From positions 1 through 55,724 of the forward strand of contig JAUCBJ010008193.1 of assembly GCA_032718475.1 (NCBI GenBank): 55,724 bases of DNA, read 5' to 3'. Position 1 is the first letter of the stretch. Every line of letters starts with the position of its first letter. Source of the DNA: Nemertoderma westbladi. Its lineage: Eukaryota > Animalia > Xenacoelomorpha. Below, in pieces: positions 24,201 to 35,651 of this stretch. Below the pieces are notes generated by a model. It was not told where the DNA came from. It saw nothing but the letters and a program-made list of their open reading frames with translations, and ran no database searches. Position numbers and translations under genes: made by a program.

Positions 24201-25201
24201 GACCTGCCGGCGAGCGAAGAAGGAGCGAGCCATACAAGAGATGGCGCCACTACCAGCGAGTAGAGTAAGACAGCACGACCCGCCATTTACGCATTGCGGT
24301 GTGGACATGTTCGGGCCGATAAAGATAAAGGTGATGCGGCACACGGAGAAACGCTACGGTATCATCTTCGTATGCAACAACACGCGGGCGATAGGGATAG
24401 AACTCGCCCAAGATGCAACCGCATCAGCATTCATTAATGCCTTAGAAAGATTTAGGGACCGCAAAGGTGGGACGATCGCAGTGATATACAGCGACAACGG
24501 CACCAACTTTGTGGGCGCAGAGAATGAGATGGCAGAGGCCTTGGACATCTTGGAGGGAGAAGAAGTCAGGGCAGCCATGAGGCGACGACAAGTAAAGTGG
24601 GAGAGAAGGACGCCGTATGCACCACATACACTAGGATGCGTCGAGAGACTGGTGGGCAGTTCAAAGCGTCTAATGACGAAGCTAATGAACACCCACATGG
24701 TCACCGAGGATGTCTTACGGACAGTGCTTGCGAAGTGCGAGGGGATCATTAATAGCAGACCGCTATACCTCGGAGAATGATGACCCTGAGTCATTAGACG
24801 TGCTGACGCCTAGCCATTTCCTGATGCAAAGGCCAGCGACCATCGATATGCGGGGTGTAGACCCAGATGACATACACTCCCGCCAAAGTTGGAAAGTCGC
24901 TAAAGCAATAAGAGCAGAGTATTGGAGGAGGTGGGTAGAGGAATACCTACCCACACTCCATAAAAGGAGTAAGTGGAGGAAGCCAAATAGGGAGTTAAGA
25001 GAGGGAGATCTCGTAATCGTTACGGATGATACTATCATCAACAACCAGTGGCGGTTGGCGAGAGTTGTAGGCACTTACTCCGACGAGGACGGAAGAGTCC
25101 GATCGGTAGAAGTGCGGATAGGTGGTAAGATAGGTGCGAAGGACAGAAAAACCTACAGGAGAGCTGTGGGAAAATGCTGTCTGCTAGAAGGGGCACCTTA
25201 G
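21248..25201 (+). pseudogene. pol: BEL1 pol: aspartic protease, RT, RNase H, integrase and C-terminal domain (frameshifted)
   Basis: LVDSGA; KLRMVVDASA, CDIEGMFNQV, FYVDD; YDPLG, MFSDAS, PKLEL, WTDS, NPADLLSRG; HGG..CQTC, GVDMFGP, SDNGTNF, ERLV; YWRRWVEEYLPTL. Frameshifts near 21247, 23700 and 24765. Confidence 0.95.
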
Positions 25202-25369
25202 TGGAGTTTGTCATGAGTTTAGTCGTCCAAGCTTTGGACTGAGGGGGGTGGGATTGAGGGCGAGACGCCCTTCCCACACATAAAAATAGAAAATAAAAAT
25301 AGAAAATAAAAATAAAATAATAGTACATAGTAGGTACGCAGTTAGTAGGCAGAAGTTAGTCAGTAAGAA

Positions 25370-26205
25370 CAGGTACGTAGTACCTAGAGTTAGTTAGTTA
25401 AGAGGTAGGTAGTAGTACCTAGCATTAGTTAGAGAAGAGTAAGAGGGTACGTAGTACCGCTAGTTAGTTAGAGAGTTAGAGGGTACGTAGTACCGTTAGT
25501 TAGAGAAGGGTTAGAGGGTACGTAGTACCGTTAGTTAGAGAAGAGTTAGAGGGTACGTAGTACCGTGCCTCCGTGGGTTTCGGTCGGCCGCTAGAAGACC
25601 GGCGCGGGCAGCGGTGGCGGACGCGTCCATTGTGTGGGCGAACGCGGACTCGGACCCCGGGACGGCTTAGATGTTAGAGGTCTGGCGGGTTTGTTGGGTA
25701 CTGGCAGTGGCAGAGTGGCAGACTGGTGATGGGTACTGAACCAATTTGTATTGTTTGTATTGTTGCTAGGTAACAGTTTGAATCAGCTGGTGGTGGGTTA
25801 TATTTGTACTTGTTTTGGTGCGTTTTTATATTCGAATTATTGTTTGTTAATATTATAATATATGGAGGCTTTTGAGTAAAAAAAAAAAAAAAAACGTAGT
25901 ACCGTTAGTTAGAGAAGAGTTAGAGGGTACGTAGTACCGTTAGTTAGAGAAGAGTTAGAGGGTACGTAGTACTGTTAGTTAGAGAAGAGTTAGAGGGTAC
26001 GCAGTACCGTTAGTTAGAGAAGAGTTAGAGGGTACGTAGTACCATTAGTTAGAGAAGTGTTAGAGGGTACGTAGTACCGTTAGTTAGAGAGTTAGAGGGT
26101 ACGTAGTACCGCTAGTTAGAGAGTTAGAGGGTACGTAGTACCGTTAGTTAGAGAAGAGTTAGAGTTAGAGGGTACGTAGTACCGTTAGTTAGAGAGAGAG
26201 TAAGA
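25370..26205. repeat. ~35-bp tandem repeat (TTAGAGGGTACGTAGTACCGTTAGTTAGAGAAGAG) in the BEL1 post-pol region
   Basis: Period 35 (e.g. 25921 to 25956) with shorter variants; interrupted by a short retroposon. Confidence 0.9.
25567..25893 (+). mobile_element. ~330-bp poly(A)-tailed retroposon (SINE-like or 5'-truncated LINE)
   Basis: 12-bp TSD ACGTAGTACCGT (25555-25566, 25894-25905), A-tail from 25878, GC-rich head and T-rich tail. Confidence 0.88.
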
Positions 26206-26599
26206 GGTAAAAGGGTATATAAGATATAGATAAATAGTTAGCAGTTAGTAGCGAGAGGGGGGCATATGAGTACAGCTGGGTAAATCGTGTGGCCACACGA
26301 CGCATACTGCTGTTCCGCACAGGCCCACAGAGTAGGCCAGAATGTGGATTAGAGAATAGAACAATCCATAGGCAATAGTAAGTAGTAGGACAGTAGAATT
26401 AAAATCAAATAAAATTAGAATAAGAATAGGGCTAAAAGGGGAACAAATTATGGTAACAGTAGTAAGAATAGGCAATAACTCAGAAATTCAGAAAGAGATA
26501 GGCCATCGAACTGAACTTAAACGACCTAAACCCATCACTCATCACGTTTGCGCCTTGGCAAGGCACCACCTACGGGTGAGCGATCGGGCAGAGTTCGAG

Positions 26600-27515
26600 A
26601 TGGCAGGCAAACTAGACGGGAGAGGATAGAAGCAGAGGAGAGGGAAGAGGAGGCCAGGACGCAGAGTTACGGCTTCGAGGAACAGGCAGGCTTAGACGAA
26701 CTTCATTGGACTTCGTCAGGGAGTTCGGGGGAGTCTCTAGGGCGAGAACTGGGATGGACGGTGGGATCACCGAAACAGTCGACGTCGAGATTGCAAGCGA
26801 TGCCCATACCAGCGGGCGCCGAGGGCGAACAACCGCAAAGGAAGTTAAAGGAGCTAGAGGGATGGAGAGCTACGGGCGAGAGCCAAGGCGGGAAGGGACA
26901 TAGTGGATCCATCGGGATACCGGGGTTGGAGCCACTGCCAGAGGAGGAAGACGACGACGAGTTCGGAGGGGTGCCGCCCATCGAGAGGATTGGCCACTCG
27001 GACACGGACTGGGTTGGCGGGAGGGTGGTGACGGCCAGTGGGGCGAGGGCCTTCTGGGATAGACCCGGCAAGCGGACCTGGGTGCACGAGGAGCCGGCGA
27101 TGGATTTCGCGGGGAGCACTATCAGGTTGGGCGAGCAACCGGGGACGGCACCACGGATAGTATTCGGGGAGACGATGCCCGAGAGGGGCGGAGAGATCGA
27201 CGTAGACAGGGACACCAACGTGGAGAAGTTCGCCTACCAGCGACTCCACGGACCGCGGAGATCGCTTGGGACGCAATGAAGATGATCCTATGGGACGCCA
27301 CCAGAGGGAGACAACAGGGCCACTCTGAGGGGCCACCGGCGAAGCGATATCGGGCACTAATAACACCAGCGCCCAAGGAGCCAACAACCGGAATCAGCAG
27401 GGAGGTGGCGGCGAAGGTCCGAAAGCAGAAAGCGGATCCCAGAGGAGCGGTGGTAACCAAGAAACGACCCAGGGAAGAGGACGCCAGGGGGAACTATCCC
27501 CAGAGGAACAGATAG
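26600..27515 (+). pseudogene. BEL1 accessory ORF3 remnant (two internal deletions)
   Basis: ATG GCA GGC AAA CTA (MAGKL) matches BEL2 MAEKL; DEFGGVPPIERIG...EQPGTAPRIVFGETMP and MKMILWDAT...GPPAKRYR align with BEL2 ORFs 47535-48203 and 47019-47243. Confidence 0.8.
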
Positions 27516-28217
27516 GTTCCCAGGGCCGAGGGAGAGAAACTGGGACTTGGATGTGGTACGCCTGGAAGGCGCCGCGTGGGACGTACAAACTATCAAGTAC
27601 AAATTTAATTAATGCAAATAATCATATAAGTGCAATTTGTATGTATGTACGTAGTAATTAGTAATCTACAAATACATACGTTCGGAGTAAGTACTATAGT
27701 CATACAACCTTTCTCAATTAGCTACTGGGACTGGGGGGTAAACTGACTATGGCACTATGGACGAGACACCAGACAATTTCACACTTCTTGAGTGCGACGG
27801 CACAAGAGGGGGGGGAGATTCGTCAGAAGGGATGAGGCAATCGAAGTGGGGTTGAGGAACGGAGCAATAGTGCGAAGTACGGAGAGAGTGCGGACGCAAT
27901 TCTAGTGTGTGGGGGGGGGAGAATAAGAGGCTGAGTGAGGGACGAGGAGGTCCGAGGGTATGAGAGAGTTAGGGTGAGAGTGGAGAAGAGATAGGGCGAA
28001 AGTGTTGGGGAAACAAAAGTCGCGTGAGAGGTGAGCGCGATCGGCCCGACATGAGACGCCAGGCATACAGGGTAGCGTTATCATACCCATAGGGAGCGGC
28101 CTGGAAAGCCGGCTCCGAGAGAAAAGAATTCCACCCCACACCCGATACTAGATCGGGATCCAGCGGGATTGTAGCGCACTTAAGGTGGATGCTATCTTCT
28201 CACCGGGAAGATAGCAT

Positions 28218-28225
28218 GGGGGGAG
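28218..28225 (+). other. Polypurine tract GGGGGGAG
   Basis: Immediately precedes the TGT of the 3' LTR. Confidence 0.85.
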
Positions 28226-28775
28226 TGTTAGCTTATTCAATCCCGCTAACACCCCATAAAGTTAAGCCGATAAGCAATATTGGGAGCCACGAGATTGGGT
28301 AATCAACCAACTCGTGCCACCCCAACAAAATGGGAAGGAAACACACAATGAGGGTCAGGGGCCAAACACCTAACCCAGAGAGAACAGGTGGAGTGAACGG
28401 AAACACTCCAAAGGGCGCCAACATGGGTATCAACCAATCAGAGGGGGGAAAGGCATCGATTAGGTAGAGTAACAAGGCCAACCGTGCAATATAGCCACTT
28501 GGCAGTAATCATATCAGTTCAGTTATTTCAGTGTAATATTGGTGCTAGTTTAGGTTAGTTAGTTTAGCTAGGGAAGGACCGGGACTTTAATTACCGTATC
28601 CCGCCTTCTGTATACGACAACATTATCCGTACACCTATATCTATATACCCTATATCTATATCAGTTATTATATACAACGAACGACACGGATTCCCTTTTT
28701 ACCTTTCATACACACGGCGGGGACGAGTGAATTAAACAACCGGATAAATCGGGATCCTTCCTGGATCCCGTCACA
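28226..28775 (+). repeat. BEL1 3' LTR (550 bp)
   Basis: TGTTAG...TCACA, followed by TSD CCAAG. Confidence 0.96.
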
Positions 28776-28780
28776 CCAAG

Positions 28781-29864
28781 CCTTTGCTTTCCTAACTTCT
28801 ATGTCCTTTTTGATACTCTCTATCCATGATCCAAGGTACTCGAAGTCATTGACCTTCCTTAGTTGATTATTATCAATGGTTGTCAAGTTTCCATCAACAT
28901 TAAAGGTCATGAATTCGGTCTTTGTAGCATTTATATGCAATCCAACCTCCTTAGCAGCCCTCTCCACTTTATTTAGAAGAGGCTGTGCATCTGCTATGGT
29001 ATTAGAGAGCAGGGCAATGTCATCAGTCGGTGTGTGTGACTGTAGTTTCCGGATATCTACTACTTTTGCGTTCTTGAAGTGTGAATCCCAGATCTTCACC
29101 CTTTGTGGCCGTCCTCATTGCGTAATCCAGCACAATTACAAATAGTAATGGTGCTAATGTGTCACCTTGCAGTACGCCAGCCAGGATTGAGAAAAATTCA
29201 CCATCTGATTCACCATCTGGTGAGAGTACATGCGCTTCTGTGTCACAATATAACAATCCAATGCCTGAAACAATTACTTCTGGTATTCCATAAGCTCTTA
29301 GGATTTCAAGCATTTTACCTCTATGGATGGAGTCGAATGCCTTCTTGAAGTCCACAAAAGTCATTACTGCGGGGAGATTCTTCGACTTAATTCCTTCAAT
29401 CAGTCTCCGTAGTGCAAGTATCTGAGCTATTGTTGATCTATTTGGTCGAAATCCGTTTTGGCTCTTACGCAGTAGTTTCTCTATGTGAGGCCTAATCCTA
29501 TATAGAATCATTTTATTGTATATTTTGGCAGCTACCACAAGCAGACAGATCCCACGATAGTTTGTTGGTATGCCGAGGTCTCCTTTCTTGGGGAGAGGCC
29601 TTTAGTCCAAATTGGTGGTGGCTTTTCCCCTTTTAACATCCGGTTGCAAACATTCAAAAATGGTCTGTTTAGCACTCCGGTTTTCCATACCTCCGCTGGG
29701 ATTTCATCTAATCCACTCGCTTTATTATTGGACATGCTTTTAATGCTTCTTTGGAGTTCGGCAGGTGTGAAGTCCCCTGTTTCTATAGGTAGTGTCTTGT
29801 CATATATTTTCATTGTAGGGCTGACCTCGATGTTTGGTGGCTGCCCAAGCAAGTTGCTGAAGTG
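28781..29864 (-). mobile_element. RTE-clade LINE RT core fragment (pseudogenised, 5'-truncated at the satellite)
   Basis: KASGLDEIPAE, QNGFRPNRST, FVDFKKAFDSI, GVLQGDTLAPLLF, DIALL, GLHINATKTE, FEYLGS; the YADD region is broken by a frameshift near 29025. Confidence 0.93.
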
Positions 29865-32800
29865 ACTCTAGGTGTTTCGGTATACTCCTATTGGTGTGTG
29901 TTCTATTGTTAACTCTAGGTGTTCCGCATACTCCTATTGGTGTGTGTTCTACTGTTAACTCTAGGTGTTTCGGTATACACTTATTGGTGTGTGTTCCACT
30001 GTTAACTCAAGGTGTTCCGCGTACTCATATTGGTGTGTGTTCCACTGTTAACTCTAGGTGTTTCTGTATACTCATATTGGTGTGTGTTCCACTGTTAACT
30101 CTAGGTGTTCCGCATACTCTTATTGGTTTGTGTTCTACTGTTAACTCTAGGTGTTTCTGTATACTCCTATTGGTGTGTGTTCTAGTGTTAACTCTAGGTG
30201 TTTCGGTATACTCTTATTGGTGTGTGTTCTAGTGTTAACTCTATGTGTTCCGCATTCTCCTATTGGTGTGTGTTCTAGTGTTAACTCTAGGTGTTTCGGT
30301 ATACTCATATTGGCGTGTGTTCTAGTGTTAACTCTAGGTGTTTCAGTATACTCCTATTGGTATGTGTTCTAGTGTTAACTCTAGGTGTTTCGGTATACTC
30401 CTATTGGTATGTGTTCTAGTGTTAACTCTAGGTGTTTCGGTATACTCTTATTGGTGTGTGTTCTAGTGTTAACTCTATGTGTTCCGCATTCTCCTATTGG
30501 TGTGTGTTCTAGTGTTAACTCTAGGTGTTTCGGTATACTCATATTGGCGTGTGTTCTAGTGTTAACTCTAGGTGTTTCGGTATACTCCTATTGGTGTGTG
30601 TTCTCGTGTTAACTCTAGGTGTTTCGGTATACTCCTATTGGTGTGTGTTCTAGTGTTAACTCTAGGTGTTTCAGTATACTCCTATTGGTGTGTGTTCTAG
30701 TGTTAACTCTAGGTGTTTCAGTATACTCCTATTGGTGTGTGTTCTAGTGTTAACTCTAGGTGTTTCAGTATACTCCTATTGGTGTGTGTTCTAGTGTTAA
30801 CTCTAGGTGTTTCAGTATACTCCTATTGGTGTGTGTTCTAGTGTTAACTCTAGGTGTTTCAGTATACTCCTATTGGTGTGTGTTCTAGTGTTAACTCTAG
30901 GTGTTTCAGTATACTCCTATTGGTGTGTGTTCTCGTGTTAACTCTAGGTGTTTCGGTATACTCCTATTGGTGTGTGTTCTAGTGTTAACTCTAGGTGTTT
31001 CAGTATACTCCTATTGGTGTGTGTTCTAGTGTTAACTCTATGTGTTCCGCATTCTCCTATTGGTGTGTGTTCTAGTGTTAACTCTAGGTGTTTCGGTATA
31101 CTCATATTGGCGTGTGTTCTAGTGTTAACTCTAGGTGTTTCGGTATACTCCTATTGGTGTGTGTTCTCGTGTTAACTCTAGGTGTTTCGGTATACTCCTA
31201 TTGGTGTGTGTTCTAGTGTTAACTCTAGGTGTTTCGGTATACTCCTATTGGTGTGTGTTCTAGTGTTAACTCTATGTGTTCCGCATTCTCCTATTGGTGT
31301 GTGTTCTAGTGTTAACTCTAGGTGTTTCAGTATACTCCTATTGGTGTGTGTTCTAGTGTTAACTCTAGGTGTTTGGGTATACTCCTATTGGTATGTGTTC
31401 TAGTGTTAACTCTAGGTGTTTCGGTATACTCCTATTGGTGTGTGTTCTAGTGTTAACTCTAGGTGTTCCGCATTCTCCTATTGGTGTGTGTTCTAGTGTT
31501 AACTCTAGGTGTTTCAGTATACTCCTATTGGTGTGTGTTCTAGTGTTAACTCTAGGTGTTTGGGTATACTCCTATTGGTATGTGTTCTAGTGTTAACTCT
31601 AGGTGTTTCGGTATACTCCTATTGGTGTGTGTTCTAGTGTTAACTCTAGGTGTTCCGCATACTCCTATTGGTGTGTGTTCTAGTGTTAACTCTAGGTGTT
31701 CCGCATACTCCTATTGGTGTGTGTTCTAGTGTTAACTCTAGGTGTTCCGCATACTCCTATTGGTGTGTGTTCTAGTGTTAACTCTAGGTGTTCCGCATAC
31801 TCCTATTGGTGTGTGTTCTCGTGTTAACTCTATGTGTTTCTGTATACTTCTATTGGTGTGTGTTCTAGTGTTAACTCTAGGTGTTTCAGTATACTCCTAT
31901 TGGTATGTGTTCTAGTGTTAACTCTAGGTGTTTCGGTATACTTCTATTGGTATGTGTTCTAGTGTTAACTCTAGGTGTTTCAGTATACTCCTATTGGTAT
32001 GTGTTCTAGTGTTAACTCTAGGTGTTCCGCATTCTCCTATTGGTTTGTGTTCTACTGTTAACTCTAGGTGTTTCTGTATACTCCTATTGGTGTGTGTTCT
32101 AGTGTTAACTCTAGGTGTTCCGCATACTCCTATTGGTGTGTGTTCTAGTGTTAACTCTAGGTGTTCCGCATACTCCTATTGGTGTGTGTTCTAGTGTTAA
32201 CTCTAGGTGTTTCGGTATACTCCTATTGGTATGTGTTCTAGTGTTAACTCTATGTGTTCCGCATACTCCTATTGGTGTGTGTTCTAGTGTTAACTCTAGG
32301 TGTTCCGCATACTCCTATTGGTGTGTGTTCTCGTGTTAACTCTATGTGTTTCTGTATACTTCTATTGGTGTGTGTTCTAGTGTTAACTCTAGGTGTTTCG
32401 GTATACTCCTATTGGTGTGTGTTCTAGTGTTAACTCTAGGTGTTTCAGTATACTCCTATTGGTGTGTGTTCTAGTGTTAACTCTAGGTGTTTCAGTATAC
32501 TCCTATTGGTGTGTGTTCTAGTGTTAACTCTAGGTGTTTCGGTATACTCCTATTGGTGTGTGTTCTAGTGTTAACTCTAGGTGTTTCGGTATACTCCTAT
32601 TGGTGTGTGTTCTAGTGTTAACTCTATGTGTTCCGCATACTCCTATTGGTGTGTGTTCTAGTGTTAACTCTAGGTGTTCCGCATACTCCTATTGGTGTGT
32701 GTTCTAGTGTTAACTCTAGGTGTTCCGCATACTCCTATTGGTGTGTGTTCTAGTGTTAACTCTAGGTGTTCCGCATACTCCTATTGGTGTGTGTTCTCGT

Positions 32801-35468
32801 GTTAACTCTATGTGTTTCTGTATACTTCTATTGGTGTGTGTTCTAGTGTTAACTCTAGGTGTTTCGGTATACTCCTATTGGTATGTGTTCTAGTGTTAAC
32901 TCTATGTGTTCCGCATACTCCTATTGGTGTGTGTTCTAGTGTTAACTCTAGGTGTTCCGCATACTCCTATTGGTGTGTGTTCTCGTGTTAACTCTATGTG
33001 TTTCTGTATACTTCTATTGGTGTGTGTTCTAGTGTTAACTCTAGGTGTTTCGGTATACTCCTATTGGTGTGTGTTCTAGTGTTAACTCTAGGTGTTTCAG
33101 TATACTCCTATTGGTGTGTGTTCTAGTGTTAACTCTAGGTGTTTCAGTATACTCCTATTGGTGTGTGTTCTAGTGTTAACTCTAGGTGTTTCGGTATACT
33201 CCTATTGGTGTGTGTTCTAGTGTTAACTCTAGGTGTTTCGGTATACTCCTATTGGTGTGTGTTCTAGTGTTAACTCTATGTGTTCCGCATACTCCTATTG
33301 GTGTGTGTTCTAGTGTTAACTCTAGGTGTTCCGCATACTCCTATTGGTGTGTGTTCTAGTGTTAACTCTAGGTGTTTCAGTATACTCCTATTGGTGTGTG
33401 TTCTAGTGTTAACTCTAGGTGTTTCAGTATACTCCTATTGGTGTGTGTTCTAGTGTTAACTCTAGGTGTTTCGGTATACTCCTATTGGTGTGTGTTCTAG
33501 TGTTAACTCTAGGTGTTTCGGTATACTCCTATTGGTGTGTGTTCTAGTGTTAACTCTATGTGTTCCGCATACTCCTATTGGTGTGTGTTCTAGTGTTAAC
33601 TCTAGGTGTTCCGCATACTCCTATTGGTGTGTGTTCTAGTGTTAACTCTAGGTGTTCCGCATACTCCTATTGGTGTGTGTTCTAGTGTTAACTCTAGGTG
33701 TTCCGCATACTCCTATTGGTGTGTGTTCTAGTGTTAACTCTAGGTGTTCCGCATTCTCCCATTGGTGTGTGTTCTAGTGTTAACTCTAGGTGTTTCGGTA
33801 TACTCATATTGGTGTGTGTTCTCGTGTTAACTCTATGTGTTTCTGTATACTTCTATTGGTGTGTGTTCTAGTGTTAACTCTAGGTGTTTCGGTATACTCC
33901 TATTGGTATGTGTTCTAGTGTTAACTCTATGTGTTCCGCATACTCCTATTGGTGTGTGTTCTAGTGTTAACTCTAGGTGTTCCGCATACTCCTATTGGTG
34001 TGTGTTCTAGTGTTAACTCTAGGTGTTTCGGTATACTCCTATTGGTGTGTGTTCTAGTGTTAACTCTAGGTGTTCCGCATACTCCTATTGGTGTGTGTTC
34101 TAGTGTTAACTCTATGTGTTTCTGTATACTTCTATTGGTGTGTGTTCTACTGTTAACTCTAGGTGTTTCTGTATAATCCTATTGGTGTGTGTTCTAGTGT
34201 TAACTCTAGGTGTTTCGGTATACTCATATTGGCGTGTGTTCTAGTGTTAACTCTAGGTGTTTCAGTATACTCCTATTGGTGTGTGTTCTAGTGTTAACTC
34301 TAGGTGTTCCGCATACTCCTATTGGTGTGTGTTCTAGTGTTAACTCTAGGTGTTTCAGTATACTCCTATTGGTGTGTGTTCTAGTGTTAACTCTAGGTGT
34401 TTCAGTATACTCCTATTGGTGTGTGTTCTAGTGTTAACTCTAGGTGTTTCAGTATACTCCTATTGGTGTGTGTTCTAGTGTTAACTCTAGGTGTTTCGGT
34501 ATACTCCTATTGGTGTGTGTTCTAGTGTTAACTCTAGGTGTTCCGCATACTCCTATTGGTGTGTGTTCTAGTGTTAACTCTAGGTGTTTCAGTATACTCC
34601 TATTGGTGTGTGTTCTAGTGTTAACTCTATGTGTTCCGCATTCTCCTATTGGTGTGTGTTCTAGTGTTAACTCTAGGTGTTTCAGTATACTCCTATTGGT
34701 GTGTGTTCTAGTGTTAACTCTATGTGTTCCGCATTCTCCTATTGGTGTGTGTTCTCGTGTTAACTCTAGGTGTTTCGGTATACTCCTATTGGTGTGTGTT
34801 CTAGTGTTAACTCTATGTGTTCCGCATTCTCCTATTGGTGTGTGTTCTAGTGTTAACTCTAGGTGTTTCGGTATACTCCTATTGGTGTGTGTTCTAGTGT
34901 TAACTCTAGGTGTTTCGGTATACTCCTATTGGTGTGTGTTCTAGTGTTAACTCTAGGTGTTTCGGTATACTCCTATTGGTGTGTGTTCTAGTGTTAACTC
35001 TAGGTGTTCCGCATACTCCTATTGGTGTGTGTTCTAGTGTTAACTCTAGGTGTTTCGGTATACTCATATTGGCGTGTGTTCTAGTGTTAACTCTAGGTGT
35101 TTCGGTATACTCCTATTGGTATGTGTTCTAGTGTTAACTCTATGTGTTCCGCATACTCCTATTGGTGTGTGTTCTAGTGTTAACTCTAGGTGTTTCAGTA
35201 TACTCCTATTGGTGTGTGTTCTAGTGTTAACTCTAGGTGTTCCGCATACTCCTATTGGTGTGTGTTCTAGTGTTAACTCTAGGTGTTCCGCATACTCCTA
35301 TTGGTGTGTGTTCTAGTGTTAACTCTAGGTGTTCCGCATTCTCCTATTGGTGTGTGTTCTAGTGTTAACTCTAGGTGTTTCGGTATACTCATATTGGTGT
35401 GTGTTCTAGTGTTAACTCTAGGTGTTTCGGTATACTCCTATTGGTGTGTGTTCTAGTTTTAACTCTAG
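29865..35468. repeat. 46/47-bp satellite with two monomer types, ~120 copies
   Basis: 47-mer CTCTAGGTGTTTCGGTATACTCCTATTGGTGTGTGTTCTAGTGTTAA and 46-mer with GTTCCGCATACT; ends ~15 bp before an exon. Confidence 0.98.
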
Positions 35469-35483
35469 TTGTTTCCATTGCAG

Positions 35484-35651
35484 ACGGACGGTAAGCACAC
35501 CTATTATAGACATTATTAACGACTGGAACTTCAGTTACATAAAGACCTACCCAAATTTAGGAGGATTCGATTGGACAGTTGATTTCCGATGGTTTCCCAT
35601 TTCAAGAGAACAAGTAGATAATTATGAAAAGAATCCAGCTTCTAATTACAG
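35484..35651 (+). CDS. GALNT: Internal exon of a polypeptide N-acetylgalactosaminyltransferase-like gene (168 bp, phase 2-2)
   Basis: TTTCCATTGCAG acceptor and CAG|GTGAGT donor; RTVSTPIIDIINDWNFSY...GGFDWTVDFRWFPI matches the GALNT PIIDVI/GGFNW.L.FRW segment. Confidence 0.92.

Larger units (their letters stand above)
11636..28775 (+). mobile_element. Full-length BEL/Pao LTR retrotransposon (BEL copy 1) with nested insertions
   Basis: TGT...ACA LTRs at both ends, 5-bp TSD CCAAG (11631-11635, 28776-28780), PPT before the 3' LTR, gag-PR-RT-RH-IN order with BEL-type motifs. Confidence 0.96.

Noticed and set aside
26548-27515. env gene at the ORF3 position
   Set aside because: No signal peptide, transmembrane helix or fusion-protein Cys pattern; hydrophilic and acidic.
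29891-35316. Many short Cys/Val/Leu-rich ORFs
   Set aside because: Translations of alternating 46+47-bp (93-bp) satellite monomers.
14979-35468. Shared words (TCCTATTGGT, TTCGGTA) between the LINE minisatellite and the 46/47-bp satellite
   Set aside because: Matches of 10 bp or less, not collinear over a unit; chance is sufficient.
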